From the NCBI GenBank assembly GCA_965602015.1, contig OZ271918.1, forward strand, positions 1,536,001 through 1,600,000: DNA of 64,000 nt. The letters are read 5' to 3'. This document shows positions 1 through 10,241 of the stretch, piece by piece (the first letter of the stretch is position 1; each line of letters begins with the position of its first letter). Below the pieces are notes generated by a model. It saw only the letters and a program-made list of their open reading frames with translations. It was not told the DNA's origin and did no database searches. Both the position numbers and the translations under genes were made by a program. This DNA is from Salinispira sp. Lineage in GTDB: Bacteria > Spirochaetota > Spirochaetia > DSM-27196 > Salinispiraceae.

Positions 1-86
1 GTACCGAGTTCGGCCAGGGCGTCGGTTACCTGGCGACGGCGGGATTTCATGGCCAGCACCTGCACCTTTTTCATAGCGGCAATCAT
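1..86 (-). CDS. atpI: V-type ATP synthase subunit I, N-terminus (runs off the window)
   Basis: ATG at 86 overlaps the atpD stop (ATGA). It reads MIAAMKKVQVLAMKSRRRQVTDALAELG, resembling a subunit I N-terminus, at the expected operon position. Confidence 0.8.
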   Translation of the reverse strand, partial: MIAAMKKVQVLAMKSRRRQVTDALAELG

Positions 87-685
87 GCGGCGCCTCCCCG
101 GGATATCTTGTTTTTTGACATCTTACCCCTGACGACCGCGGCGGTCTGTTGATCCCCGAGGTAGATTTGAATTTTTTTGATATTCGATCGGGTTTCGGGA
201 ATCTTAACCTTTTCGAATAAATTAACCCGCTGACTTGTGACCCGAAGCTCCTCGGCAATAAGCCGATACTGCTCCTTGAGCACCTCCAGCTCTGCATCGA
301 GGCTGAGTATTCTCTGCAGCGCCTCAAGGGCCTGATCTACCCACAGAGGCACTTCGAATAAATCGTAATCACTGATGTCGAATTCGAGATTCTCAAAGAC
401 CGGAATATCGATACCCGCAATATTTCCAGTTGAAGTCTTTAATTCCTTGACCTTAATGTATGCGGGCAAATCCTGCGGATCGGCGAAGATTGCCATCCAC
501 GCCTCCATTCCCGATTGCAATTCCTCGCGCTCCCGCTCAACGGCGTGCTGCTTTTGCTCTATCTGCCGGAGTACCAGCTGCAGTTGCTGTTTCTTTAACT
601 GCAGGGTGGGCAGATAGCGGCGGAAGCGCTTGAGGGCGTCTTTTTGGTTCTTCAGCTCGTTTTTGGTAAGCCTAATTGTCGCCAT
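83..685 (-). CDS. atpD: V-type ATP synthase subunit D
   Basis: LTKNELK...RYLPTLQLKKQQL and TSQRVNLFEKVKIP motifs; follows subunit B. Confidence 0.95.
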   Translation of the reverse strand: MATIRLTKNELKNQKDALKRFRRYLPTLQLKKQQLQLVLRQIEQKQHAVEREREELQSGMEAWMAIFADPQDLPAYIKVKELKTSTGNIAGIDIPVFENLEFDISDYDLFEVPLWVDQALEALQRILSLDAELEVLKEQYRLIAEELRVTSQRVNLFEKVKIPETRSNIKKIQIYLGDQQTAAVVRGKMSKNKISRGGAA

Positions 686-700
686 TATTCGCTCCGGTTT

Positions 701-2005
701 CTACACCGCCTCCGCTTTGGGCCAGAACTTGTTGATCAGATCTGATTTCATGCCAGTTTCATTTGATTCGAAACACTCTGCGAGAATCTCCCATCCCAGA
801 TCGAGGGCTTTCTCGAGGGGGATATTGACCGAAAGATCCATCATCCGGTCTTCGAACAACTCTCCGTACTTCAACAGTTTCTCGTCCCAATCGCTCATAC
901 GGAAGCCCATGGATTTTTTCTCCATCGATTCCTTGTAGCTGGCGTAGAGAGTAATCATCGAGTCCATAATTGCCCGGTGATCTTCTCTGGTGTCCTTATT
1001 TACCATCTGTTTGAGTCGGCTGAGGCTACCGAAGGGTTCGATCCGGCCGTTTCTCAGGTAGTACTGACCCTCGGTGATGTACCCGGTGTTGTCCGGAACC
1101 GGATGGGTTACATCGTCTCCGGGCATTGTTGTGACGCCCAGAGTGGTAATCGACCCGGCTCCTTCGAAGTCGACGGCCTTTTCATAACGGGACGCCAGCT
1201 GAGAATAGAGGTCGCCGGGGTAACCTCGGTTTGACGGCACCTGCTCCATGGTTATGGCGATTTCCTTCATCGCATCGGCAAAGTTCGTCATATCAGTGAG
1301 AAGGCAGAGTACCCGCTGACCCTGGAGCGCAAACTGCTCGGCCACCGCCAGCGCGATATCCGGAACCAGCAGCGCTTCCACCACCGGATCAGCTGCGGTG
1401 TGAACAAAGAATATCGTCCGGCTCAAAGCGCCGCCCTCTTCAAGGGCGTCCTTGAACGCCAGGTAGTCATCGTTCTTCAACCCGATTCCGCCGAGAATTA
1501 TGACGTCGACCTCGGCCTGCAGGGCGATCCGGGACAGCAAATCGTTATACGGTTCTCCGGAGACCGAGAAAATCGGCAGCTTTTGGCTTTCGACCAGGGT
1601 ATTAAATACGTCGATCATGGGAATACCCGTCCGTATCATGTTACGGGGGATAATTCTCATTGCCGGATTTACCGACGGACCGCCGATTTCGATCAAATTC
1701 TCCTCAAGACCGGGACCGCCGTCTTTCGGGCGCCCCGAGCCGTCAAAAATTCTTCCAAGGAGATTATCGCTAAATGAGACCTGCATTGGATGGCCGAGGA
1801 ACCGTACCTCGTCGCCGGTGGAAACCCCTCGGGCACCGGTGAATACCTGCAAACTGACCTTCTCCCGATTCAGCCGGATGACCTGGGCGAGGGAGCTTCC
1901 GTGGCGCGAGTTAACAACCGCCAGGTCGTCATAGCGCACATCGTCAGCAGAGACGGTAATAACGTTTCCTTCAATAGATTCTATTTTACTGTATACCTTT
2001 CGCAT
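701..2005 (-). CDS. atpB: V-type ATP synthase subunit B
   Basis: [29 protein letters not shown] and [15 protein letters not shown] motifs. Confidence 0.97.
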   Translation of the reverse strand: MRKVYSKIESIEGNVITVSADDVRYDDLAVVNSRHGSSLAQVIRLNREKVSLQVFTGARGVSTGDEVRFLGHPMQVSFSDNLLGRIFDGSGRPKDGGPGLEENLIEIGGPSVNPAMRIIPRNMIRTGIPMIDVFNTLVESQKLPIFSVSGEPYNDLLSRIALQAEVDVIILGGIGLKNDDYLAFKDALEEGGALSRTIFFVHTAADPVVEALLVPDIALAVAEQFALQGQRVLCLLTDMTNFADAMKEIAITMEQVPSNRGYPGDLYSQLASRYEKAVDFEGAGSITTLGVTTMPGDDVTHPVPDNTGYITEGQYYLRNGRIEPFGSLSRLKQMVNKDTREDHRAIMDSMITLYASYKESMEKKSMGFRMSDWDEKLLKYGELFEDRMMDLSVNIPLEKALDLGWEILAECFESNETGMKSDLINKFWPKAEAV

Positions 2006-2020
2006 TGACTTCTCGCCCCT

Positions 2021-3790
2021 TTATACGCTCTTGGCCATAAGTTTCTCAGCGCCGTGTACCAGACCGGCTTTATGCTGATCGATCAGGCTGCGGATCTTCG
2101 CTTCGTAATCATCGAACTGAGCGCTCTTCCACTCCGAACCGTTGTAGTCCTTGAAATTCTGTCGGAGCTCATTGAAATAGTCCCGGGCAGCCTTCTGATT
2201 CGGAAGATCGAAGCGGGCGGTGATTATATCCAGGAGTAAATCAAAGACATAGCGCTGGCGCTCCTCGCTTACCGACGCATCGACGGGATCAAAGCTGTCT
2301 TGTTGAAGGTAGACGGCGTCGATGAACTCGCTTTTTAAGTAAACAGTGTAGTCATCCAGGCTGGTTCCCTCTTCCCCGACGACCTTCATCATCTGTCCGA
2401 CCTCGTTGCCCCTGAACAGCACGCCTCGGGCGTATTCAGTCTTGTCATCATCGATGGATCCGCCGTATTTGCTCCAGCTGTCCAGCGGGTGAATCGATGG
2501 ATACTTACGGGCGTTCGCCCGGTCGCGGCTCAGACCATGAAAGGCACCGACGACTTTGAGTGTTCCCTGGGTTACCGGCTCCTCAAAGTTACCGCCGGCG
2601 GGCGAAACCGTTCCGCCTATGGTGACCGAACCGGTGCTGCCGTCCTTGAGCCGAACCAGTCCGGCGCGCTCGTAGAAACCGGCGATCACCGATTCCAGGT
2701 AAGCCGGGAAGGCTTCTTCACCGGGAATCTCTTCCAGACGGCCGGACATTTCGCGCATGGCCTGTGCCCATCGGCTGGTTGAGTCTGCCAAAAGCAGGAT
2801 GTTCAGGCCCATTTGGCGGTAGTACTCCGCAAGGGTCACCGCGGTGTATACCGAAGCTTCCCGGGCGGCCACAGGCATGGAGCTGGTGTTACAGATGATT
2901 ACCGTTCGTTCCATAAGGGTCCGCCCGGTTCGGGGGTCGATGAGTTCGGGAAACTCTTTCAGGGTTTCAACCACCTCACCGGCCCGCTCTCCACAGGCCG
3001 CCACGATGACGATGTCCACCTCGGCATTGCGGCTCATCACCTGCTGGAGAACAGTCTTACCCGCTCCGAAAGGACCGGGAACGCAAAACGTACCGCCACG
3101 GGCTACCGGTAGAAAGGTGTCTATAATACGAACCTTGGTGATAAGCTGCTCAGTGGGCTTCAGCCGTTCCTCATAGGCGTTTATCGCCCGTTTGACAGGC
3201 CATTCAAACACCATACTGATTGAATGAAGATTGCCTTTACTGTCCTCCAGCTCGGCTATTTGCTGGTCTACAGTATATTCGCCTTCGTCCGCCACGGATT
3301 TTACCGTGTATGTATCGAGAAAATTGAACGGGACCATAATTCGGTGTTCAAAAATTCCCTCGGGAACAGTGCCAAGAGTATCTGCCTTTTCAACGGTATC
3401 CCCGGGCTTTACCTTCGGCGTGAATTTCCACTTGGTTTCCCGGTCCAACGCATTGAGATAAACGCCCCGGTCGAGAAAGAAACCGCATTGCTCTGCAAGC
3501 TGGGGAAGCGGATTCTGAAGACCGTCATAGACCTGTTTCAGAAGCCCAGGACCCAACTCAACGGCGAGCATCTCGCCGGAGAAATCGACCGGGTCGCCGA
3601 TTCCGATTCCCCGGGTCATTTCAAATACCTGAAGCTCGACCTGGCTTCCCCGAACTCGAATTACCTCGGATTTTAACCGTTTCCCGTGTACGAGAATATA
3701 GGCAACCTCGTTCAGGGTTACGTCACCGTCGACCTCGACGGAAACCATGTTCCCGTTGACTCCGACAACTTTACCGCTTGTGTTTGTCAT
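2021..3790 (-). CDS. atpA: V-type ATP synthase subunit A
   Basis: Walker A GPFGAGKT, ACGERAGE, NTSSMPVAAREAS and PGEEAFPAYL motifs. Confidence 0.97.
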   Translation of the reverse strand: MTNTSGKVVGVNGNMVSVEVDGDVTLNEVAYILVHGKRLKSEVIRVRGSQVELQVFEMTRGIGIGDPVDFSGEMLAVELGPGLLKQVYDGLQNPLPQLAEQCGFFLDRGVYLNALDRETKWKFTPKVKPGDTVEKADTLGTVPEGIFEHRIMVPFNFLDTYTVKSVADEGEYTVDQQIAELEDSKGNLHSISMVFEWPVKRAINAYEERLKPTEQLITKVRIIDTFLPVARGGTFCVPGPFGAGKTVLQQVMSRNAEVDIVIVAACGERAGEVVETLKEFPELIDPRTGRTLMERTVIICNTSSMPVAAREASVYTAVTLAEYYRQMGLNILLLADSTSRWAQAMREMSGRLEEIPGEEAFPAYLESVIAGFYERAGLVRLKDGSTGSVTIGGTVSPAGGNFEEPVTQGTLKVVGAFHGLSRDRANARKYPSIHPLDSWSKYGGSIDDDKTEYARGVLFRGNEVGQMMKVVGEEGTSLDDYTVYLKSEFIDAVYLQQDSFDPVDASVSEERQRYVFDLLLDIITARFDLPNQKAARDYFNELRQNFKDYNGSEWKSAQFDDYEAKIRSLIDQHKAGLVHGAEKLMAKSV

Positions 3791-4371
3791 GCCTGTTCTC
3801 CATGTAATTTTTGACTTTCCTGCATGTGGGCGCGAACCGCCCGGTAGTGATCCGCAAAGGCTTCCCGACCCCGCTCCACGGTTAGTGAGCGGCGCCGAAG
3901 CAGGATCTGCAACTTCAAATAATAGGTCAGCATCTGTTCGATGGTAAAAAAATGTCCGACTTCCAGATCTTCAATGTAGGACCAGCGAAGCTCGTCGAGC
4001 ATCTCGTCGGCCCTGAGGGGCGTCTCCGCCTGTATACTGGCGCGAACCGAATCAGCCAGTCCGCTGCGGGCGCTGTAGTCATCGCCGTTTTCTCCCCGCC
4101 TGATATTTTCCTGCCCGTCGCGCTCCAGTTCCGCAGCTCGTTGACGAACGAGCTCGTTGCGAAGTCCGGTTTCCCAGTTGAGAAATCGCTTCACCAGAGG
4201 ATGGGAGCTCTCGGAGCCAAGCGGGTCAAGGCTAGAGGCGGCAATAACAGCAAAATCCCTGTCGCTGCACCAGCTGCGGGCTACATCGAGAAATTCACCT
4301 TCGCTGGGAATACGCTCGGCGTCAAAGCGCAAATACGGAAGGCTCGCCAATGCGTAGTAGTAGGAACTCAC
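3787..4371 (-). CDS. DUF2764-like V-type ATPase subunit C-equivalent
   Basis: YYYALASLP N-terminus, LRNELVRQRA and YYLKLQILLR; lies between subunits E and A. Confidence 0.8.
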   Translation of the reverse strand: MSSYYYALASLPYLRFDAERIPSEGEFLDVARSWCSDRDFAVIAASSLDPLGSESSHPLVKRFLNWETGLRNELVRQRAAELERDGQENIRRGENGDDYSARSGLADSVRASIQAETPLRADEMLDELRWSYIEDLEVGHFFTIEQMLTYYLKLQILLRRRSLTVERGREAFADHYRAVRAHMQESQKLHGEQA

Positions 4372-4384
4372 GAATCAACCTCCT

Positions 4385-4978
4385 CTACTGCGCGACAGCT
4401 ATCAATTCCGAAATACTCTGACTCAGGAATGACTTGATGACTTCCGCAATGCTATCTGCGGAAAAATCATAGTATGCCTTACCGTCTTTTTCCTTGAGGA
4501 TAAATCCGCCGCTCAGACCCTTATTGACCCGGAGCTCCAGACCTGATTTGAGCTCGGCAGCGAGTTTGCCCTTGAGATTGGACTCGATTGATTTCAGGGT
4601 CTTTTCCGGAAGCTCCAAAGCACCGTCGACCTTAAAACCCTTGACCACCTCGGCAATCGCTGTGGCCAGCGTGTCGCCGCTAAAGCTTTCGGAGATGGTT
4701 TTTCCTACCAAAGCGTCGAAGGATTTCTGAAGGGCCTGTTCTACCGAGATAAGCACGTCCCGTCCCGCCTGGCTGACCGCAGACTTTGCGGATGCCTCAA
4801 ACTGCTCGGCATCCCTTTTCGCCTGCTCCCTATAGCCGTCAGCCTCTTTCTTGCCGGCGGCGACTATGGATTCGGCTTCAGCCTTGGCCTTTGCGATAAT
4901 TTCCGCTGCCTGCTTTTCCGCGGTTTCTACACCGTCTTTTTTAATACTGTTAAGGAGATCCTGTACGATTACTTCCAT
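4385..4978 (-). CDS. atpE: V-type ATP synthase subunit E
   Basis: QDLLNSIKKDGVE...AAEII coiled-coil N-terminus and YYDFS C-terminus. Start moved to ATG 4978, which follows a GGGGAGGA Shine-Dalgarno. Confidence 0.9.
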   Translation of the reverse strand: MEVIVQDLLNSIKKDGVETAEKQAAEIIAKAKAEAESIVAAGKKEADGYREQAKRDAEQFEASAKSAVSQAGRDVLISVEQALQKSFDALVGKTISESFSGDTLATAIAEVVKGFKVDGALELPEKTLKSIESNLKGKLAAELKSGLELRVNKGLSGGFILKEKDGKAYYDFSADSIAEVIKSFLSQSISELIAVAQ

Positions 4979-5043
4979 ATCCTCCCCCGGATAATACTGC
5001 ATGGTTGATATTTGGTTAAAGTCTACATAAATTGTAGGGGATT

Positions 5044-5072
5044 ATTATTACGCCAACAAGGCGGAATGTAAA
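5044..5072 (-). promoter_or_regulatory. Putative sigma70 promoter of the V-ATPase operon
   Basis: Minus-strand TTTACA-N17-AATAAT in an AT-rich intergenic region. Confidence 0.5.
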
Positions 5073-5171
5073 TAATTTTTTATCGAAATAATAAGAAATA
5101 TTTACTTAACGAAAATTATAGTAAATGTTAATATGCATTATTAACACATTTTTCTCAAATACAAGGCTAAC

Positions 5172-5570
5172 CTACATTTCACCGAGATTAAAATTACCGA
5201 CAATTTTTAATCCGCGAATATCACGCTCTACCTTTATATCCCGTTCGGGAAAATGCGTTTTTATCAGCCGGTTTATAAGGTCCTGGACTGACTGCTCTAT
5301 TTCTTCCCTTTTTGCGGAGCTCACCGAATCACTAGTGGCAATCTTCAAGTCAACCACATATCCCCGTCCGTACTGACTACCATATCCCGCAGTGAACTGA
5401 GGCCCGATGTTAAATACCCCGTCCTGGGATTTATTCGAGGTGGTGCCCCGTTCGGGGCGGTTGGGATGGATGCGAAACTGGCTGCCGTAGTTGTCCTCAA
5501 GCCAGTCATCGACCTCATCAAACAACACTTTGAGGCGTTTATTAAACTGTTGCATTTTTGGATGATACAT
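5172..5570 (-). CDS. Hypothetical protein
   Basis: 132-aa ORF with an AGGAG SD, co-oriented with its neighbours and with normal composition. Confidence 0.75.
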   Translation of the reverse strand: MYHPKMQQFNKRLKVLFDEVDDWLEDNYGSQFRIHPNRPERGTTSNKSQDGVFNIGPQFTAGYGSQYGRGYVVDLKIATSDSVSSAKREEIEQSVQDLINRLIKTHFPERDIKVERDIRGLKIVGNFNLGEM

Positions 5571-5610
5571 GTAGTCTCCTCAGTGCAAAGATTTAGCTCT
5601 GCCTGTTGCG

Positions 5611-8094
5611 TCAATCGAGATAGACATAGGTTTTGCCGTAGCCGCCGTCTTCCGGAGGGGCGAAAGAAATCTGGCGGACTGCGCTTTGGTCCTCGAGAAA
5701 GCGGTGGATGCCCTGTTGCAGCACGCCGGTTCCCTTGCCGTGAATAACGGAAAAAAATGCGAGTCCGTCAACCGAAGCACCATCCATAAATTTCCGAACC
5801 TCATCGAGGGCTGCTTCCAGGCGCATCCCCCTTACATCCAGGGTGAGGCCGGTGCGAATCCCCGGGGTGCCCCCGGAGCTTGTCCCCGGTGAATTATATT
5901 CTATATGAACTTTTTCCCGGCTATCACCGTGCTCTCTCCTGCCTGCAGACTGAACCAGCTCGAGATCCTTTTCGGAAACGGTCATTTTCATCGAACCGGC
6001 CAGAATGGTCCAGCTATTGCGCTTTTTACCCGCCTCGAGAATTTCCGCCGGTTTTGAACCGCCTTTGTAACGAACCCTGTCGCCGGGGGTGAATGGAATA
6101 TTGCTGGAGGATCGGGTCTGACTGTAGGTTTTTTCCTGCTCGTTGCGAACCGTATCCAGTTCATGGGCCTGATCCCGCGACAGACTGTCCAGGGCCTCCC
6201 GAACGCTGCGGTTTATCTCCCGGTCATCGGAGTCTTCACCCCCGGACGAGGGCGAAGCGGCCTCGCTGCCGGCCCGCCTGCTCAATCGTCTCAGGCGGCG
6301 GCGCTCCTGGGTTAGCTGATAGATAATTTTCTCCGCCTTCTTCCGGGATTCTGCCAGGAACCTGTCATTTTCAAGGAGCTTTTCCTCTTTCAGAGCGAGT
6401 TCCCGCAAAGCTATCTGTTGTGTCTGTTCCTCAATCTCCTCGGCTTTTTTTGCCAGGACGCTCTGCCGCTTTTGGAGCTCCAGTTCAAGACTGCGCATGT
6501 GCGATTGCCGCCTCCGCAGATCCTCGATGAGCTCCTGCATGCTAATCCCGTCCTCGCTCATGTGTTCCCGGGCCCGGCTGACGATTGCCGGGTTCATGCC
6601 TACCCTGTCCGCAATATCGAGGGCATGACTCTCCCCCGGTATTCCCCCGATGATGTTGTAGGTCGGCTTTAGGCTGTCTGCATCAAACTCAACCGAAGCA
6701 TTTTCCATTCGGGGGCTGCTGAAGGCATAGGCTTTTAAAATGTCGTGGTGGGTGGTCACCATGGCATAGACCTGCCGCTTTGAGAGATGTTCCATAACAG
6801 CCATTGAGAGGGCCGAGCCTTCCGCAGGATTCGTTCCGCTCCCCAATTCATCGAGGAGCACCAGGGCGTTATTTTTTGCCCCTTCGAGCACTGCGCTGAG
6901 ATTCTTCAAATGAGCCGAAAAGGTCGACAATCCCGCATCGATAGATTGCTCATCCCCAATATCAACCAACAGATCCGAAAAAATCGGCAGGGCGCTGCCC
7001 TCGCCTGCGGGGATCTCCATACCGCTTTGATGCATGAGGCTTAACAAGCCCAGAGTCTTCATGCTGACAGTTTTGCCGCCGGTATTGGGACCCGACAGTA
7101 CCAGAATTCTGGTCTCTCCCTGCATTTCAATGTTGATGGGGACGGCATTTTTTCCCAAGGCAGGATGTCTGGCAGCATTCAAGATAATACCGCCCCGGGA
7201 AATACTGGCGGCCATGGCTGAAATAGCGGAAGCATAGCGTGCCCTGGCCTGCAGGCTGTTGAAGCGCGTAAATCGCCGGTCGATAGAGCCGATCAAGGGA
7301 GAATCTTCCCGCAGCCATGCACTGCATTTTCTCAGGATTTTATGAACCTCCTGATGATACCGACTGCGGGCTTCATTTAAGGCATTGTTTTTTTCAAGTA
7401 GCTCCTGCGGTTCGATGTATATGGTTTGACCTGAATTTGAGGAACCGTGGACGATTCCCGGGACTTTTCCCCTATAATCGCTTTTCAGGGCGAGTACCAC
7501 TCTGCCGTCTCTTTGGGTCGCCTCGTCGCTGCTCCAAATATCGCGGTTATCCACCAGATACCTGCGGGCATTCTCCTGAATTTGTCCGTGCAGTTTTTGA
7601 ATGCTTCTGATGATTTCCCTGAGTTCGGGAATTTCCTCTTCACGAAACTCGCCCCGGGAATCAAAGTAGGGGCTGATTTTTTTTAGCAGATCCCGCGGAC
7701 TGTCCCATTCAGCAATAAAGCCGCTCATTAGCTCGCGCGTTGATTCGGGCAGATCCTCTCCCTCCAGCAAACCGTTAATCCAGACGAGAACGGCGGCGTA
7801 GGAATTTATCAGCAAAACCAGCCTGGCTATCTGCTCCAGTTCGAGAACCGCCCCTTCCTTTGTAAGCAATGAGATGCTTTGACCCGCATCAGGCAGTTCC
7901 CCGAGTCCGTGAGGCTTTCGTTCAACAAGAAGCTTGACCGCCCCGACCAGGGCCAGTTCGTCTCTCAGGGCATCTTCGTCGAAAAAAAACGGCAGGGTCG
8001 CTAATCCCCGGTGGGGACCTTCGACGAGACTAAAGCCCCGGCAGTTTTGCAACACCTGTTGGTATTCGAGAATGCTAACGCTATGGCTGTTCAT
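5611..8094 (-). CDS. mutS2: Endonuclease MutS2
   Basis: SGPNTGGKT Walker A, DIGDEQSI...LSTFSAH, LLDELGSGT and a C-terminal Smr domain (LDVRGMR...IHGKGTGVL). ATG 8094 overlaps the rsgA stop. Confidence 0.95.
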   Translation of the reverse strand: MNSHSVSILEYQQVLQNCRGFSLVEGPHRGLATLPFFFDEDALRDELALVGAVKLLVERKPHGLGELPDAGQSISLLTKEGAVLELEQIARLVLLINSYAAVLVWINGLLEGEDLPESTRELMSGFIAEWDSPRDLLKKISPYFDSRGEFREEEIPELREIIRSIQKLHGQIQENARRYLVDNRDIWSSDEATQRDGRVVLALKSDYRGKVPGIVHGSSNSGQTIYIEPQELLEKNNALNEARSRYHQEVHKILRKCSAWLREDSPLIGSIDRRFTRFNSLQARARYASAISAMAASISRGGIILNAARHPALGKNAVPINIEMQGETRILVLSGPNTGGKTVSMKTLGLLSLMHQSGMEIPAGEGSALPIFSDLLVDIGDEQSIDAGLSTFSAHLKNLSAVLEGAKNNALVLLDELGSGTNPAEGSALSMAVMEHLSKRQVYAMVTTHHDILKAYAFSSPRMENASVEFDADSLKPTYNIIGGIPGESHALDIADRVGMNPAIVSRAREHMSEDGISMQELIEDLRRRQSHMRSLELELQKRQSVLAKKAEEIEEQTQQIALRELALKEEKLLENDRFLAESRKKAEKIIYQLTQERRRLRRLSRRAGSEAASPSSGGEDSDDREINRSVREALDSLSRDQAHELDTVRNEQEKTYSQTRSSSNIPFTPGDRVRYKGGSKPAEILEAGKKRNSWTILAGSMKMTVSEKDLELVQSAGRREHGDSREKVHIEYNSPGTSSGGTPGIRTGLTLDVRGMRLEAALDEVRKFMDGASVDGLAFFSVIHGKGTGVLQQGIHRFLEDQSAVRQISFAPPEDGGYGKTYVYLD

Positions 8095-9041
8095 AGTTTT
8101 CGAAATTTCCAATCCTTCATATGCTTGGCCGACTGTTCCATCACAATCAGAGTGTTAATATACGAGTCATATCGATCTTCGTGAATATGGCCCTCTACCA
8201 CCGCATCTTTTACTGCGCAGTCCGGTTCATGAACATGCCGGCAGCCCGTAAGGGCGCAGTGCTGCCCGAAGCCCGGGAACTCAACAAAGAGGAAGCGCAA
8301 ATCGTCGGGGGGAATGCCGTATACATCGAGCTCACGAATTCCCGGTGTATCGATGAGAATGCTGTGCTCATCGAGTTCGTAACTCTTGGCAAGCACTGTG
8401 GTGTGGCGCCCTCGGTTGTACTTCCCGCTCACCTCCGCGGTTTTGACATTCTGATCGGGAAACAGCTGTTTAACCAGGGAAGACTTTCCAACCCCGGATT
8501 GGCCCAGCAGTAAGACGGTCTTTCCCATCCACTGGGCGATGAGCTCGTCGACGCCCCGGTTTTCCTTTACGGAGATACAGTCCAATGAGTAACCGATGCT
8601 GCGGTAATAATCGATCCGCTCCTGCATATCGCCATCGATGCCCTGGTCGGTTTTATTCATGACGATGCGCATCGTCAAACCCTCGCTCTCCCCCAGGGCC
8701 AGCGCCCGATCGATAAACCGGGGCCTGAACGGCGGGCTCACTGGCGACGCCAGAATGACCAGTTCGTCCAGGTTCGCGCCAATGGTCTGGCGCGCCTGAC
8801 GCTTTTTGTTCCATCGGCCGAAGGAGTTGCGCCGGTCCAATCTGCCGGTGATAAGCGCGCTGTCAGGGCTTTCAGGCGGAAACTCCACCTCGACCACATC
8901 CCCCGGCGCCAGGGGGTTATAGCTCGCCTCCTCCAAATTGAGCTTTTTCCCTTTGATTCGTGCTTCCCTAATTCCCCGGGAACTGCGGAGGCTGTAAATA
9001 TTATTCGCCCCCCACAGCACAACGGCGTGGGCATCAGACAT
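8091..9041 (-). CDS. rsgA: Ribosome small subunit-dependent GTPase A
   Basis: Circularly permuted GTPase motifs NKTD, GQSGVGKSS, RGRHTT and DTPG; C-terminal Zn motif CxxxxCxHxHEPxC. Confidence 0.95.
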   Translation of the reverse strand: MSDAHAVVLWGANNIYSLRSSRGIREARIKGKKLNLEEASYNPLAPGDVVEVEFPPESPDSALITGRLDRRNSFGRWNKKRQARQTIGANLDELVILASPVSPPFRPRFIDRALALGESEGLTMRIVMNKTDQGIDGDMQERIDYYRSIGYSLDCISVKENRGVDELIAQWMGKTVLLLGQSGVGKSSLVKQLFPDQNVKTAEVSGKYNRGRHTTVLAKSYELDEHSILIDTPGIRELDVYGIPPDDLRFLFVEFPGFGQHCALTGCRHVHEPDCAVKDAVVEGHIHEDRYDSYINTLIVMEQSAKHMKDWKFRKL

Positions 9042-9891
9042 GCATAACTCCCGAAAACGTCAGCGTAAAGTGTTCGGCGACCCGACGGTAGTAATCCTCG
9101 CGCTCCAAGGCGCTGATGAGAAATCGACCTGGGTCGACAGGCATGTTAGCTTCTTTCCGAACCGGCGTGAGCTCGGGGTACGTGTCTTCACCAAGCCCCC
9201 TGAGGAGCCGAATAATTTGACGGGTAATTCCCTCCCGGGAATCAATTATTTGTGCATCCAAAATCCCCGAGAGGCTGTGCTCCAGGTGGATAAAATGAGT
9301 GCATCCCAGAACAACCGTGTCGCAGCCCGCATCGCTGAACAACGCCGCTATATGCCGCAGTTCGGGGTCCGCGGTAATTCCAAAGAAATCATTCTCGATT
9401 CCTTCGATCAGCCCGGTTGCGGGAATCCGGGTAACCAACGCATCCGAAGCATACTCGGAGATAAGGCTGTCGAGATAAGGGTCTTTCACGGTCTGCTCAG
9501 TGGCCATTATCCCGATGCGGCGGTTTTTAGAGACAAGCGCCGCGGGTTTTACCGCCGGAACCGTGCCCACGAAGGGAATGGAGAATCGGCTGCGCAGAAA
9601 ATCGAGGGCCACAACAGATGCGGTATTGCAGGCAAGGACGATCACATCGGGGGCAAAACGCAGCAGCGCCTTTTCTACCACAGCGGAAAGCCGGGTGCGC
9701 AGCTCATCAACTGTGCGTATGCCATAAGGAAAGAACAGGGTATCGGCGATATACACTGCATCGAAACCTTCTATAAAAGACTGGGCGTGGAGCATGTACG
9801 GAACTCCTCCGATTCCCGAATCAATAAATACTACGCGCCTACGCTTGGGTTTTTTATCCATCTTCTGAGTGTTTGGAGCTTGCCTGTTCAA
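9034..9891 (-). CDS. murI: Glutamate racemase
   Basis: DSGIGG, PYG, ACNTAS and LGCTHF catalytic motifs. Confidence 0.95.
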   Translation of the reverse strand: MNRQAPNTQKMDKKPKRRRVVFIDSGIGGVPYMLHAQSFIEGFDAVYIADTLFFPYGIRTVDELRTRLSAVVEKALLRFAPDVIVLACNTASVVALDFLRSRFSIPFVGTVPAVKPAALVSKNRRIGIMATEQTVKDPYLDSLISEYASDALVTRIPATGLIEGIENDFFGITADPELRHIAALFSDAGCDTVVLGCTHFIHLEHSLSGILDAQIIDSREGITRQIIRLLRGLGEDTYPELTPVRKEANMPVDPGRFLISALEREDYYRRVAEHFTLTFSGVMHV

Positions 9892-10193
9892 TCGTCTGAA
9901 AAAAGGTTCTCGAAGGCCTTCCTGGCCTGGTCTTTTTTTCCGTCACTGTCGCTATCACCGGCTGACCGATGAGTTGACGGTTTTACCGAGAAATAATCGC
10001 AAAAATTGCCCCGCTCTTTATCGCGAACTGCCTCGGGAATATTTTCTGTGCAGTCCCAGTTGGACCCCGGGGAATAGAACCGGCAATTCCTGCAAACCCG
10101 GATATCCCTGTCGCAGCTGGGACAGGTTTCGTTCCTGTTTACGACTCGTGGGAAGGTTAAATCAATGCCGCAGTTGTAGCATGTGCCGTTCAT
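9888..10193 (-). CDS. Small Cys-rich putative Zn-binding protein
   Basis: CYNC, CPSC, CRNC and NFCDYF. Start placed at ATG 10193, 7 nt after a TATAAT. Confidence 0.75.
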   Translation of the reverse strand: MNGTCYNCGIDLTFPRVVNRNETCPSCDRDIRVCRNCRFYSPGSNWDCTENIPEAVRDKERGNFCDYFSVKPSTHRSAGDSDSDGKKDQARKAFENLFSDD

Positions 10194-10241
10194 ACCATCG
10201 ATTATATTGCAATCTATCGAGCTCTGCACTAGGCTGGTTTT

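Noticed and set aside
9040..9972. 310-aa plus-strand ORF antisense to murI
   Set aside because: No recognisable motifs; it is a shadow of a well-supported gene in GC-rich DNA.
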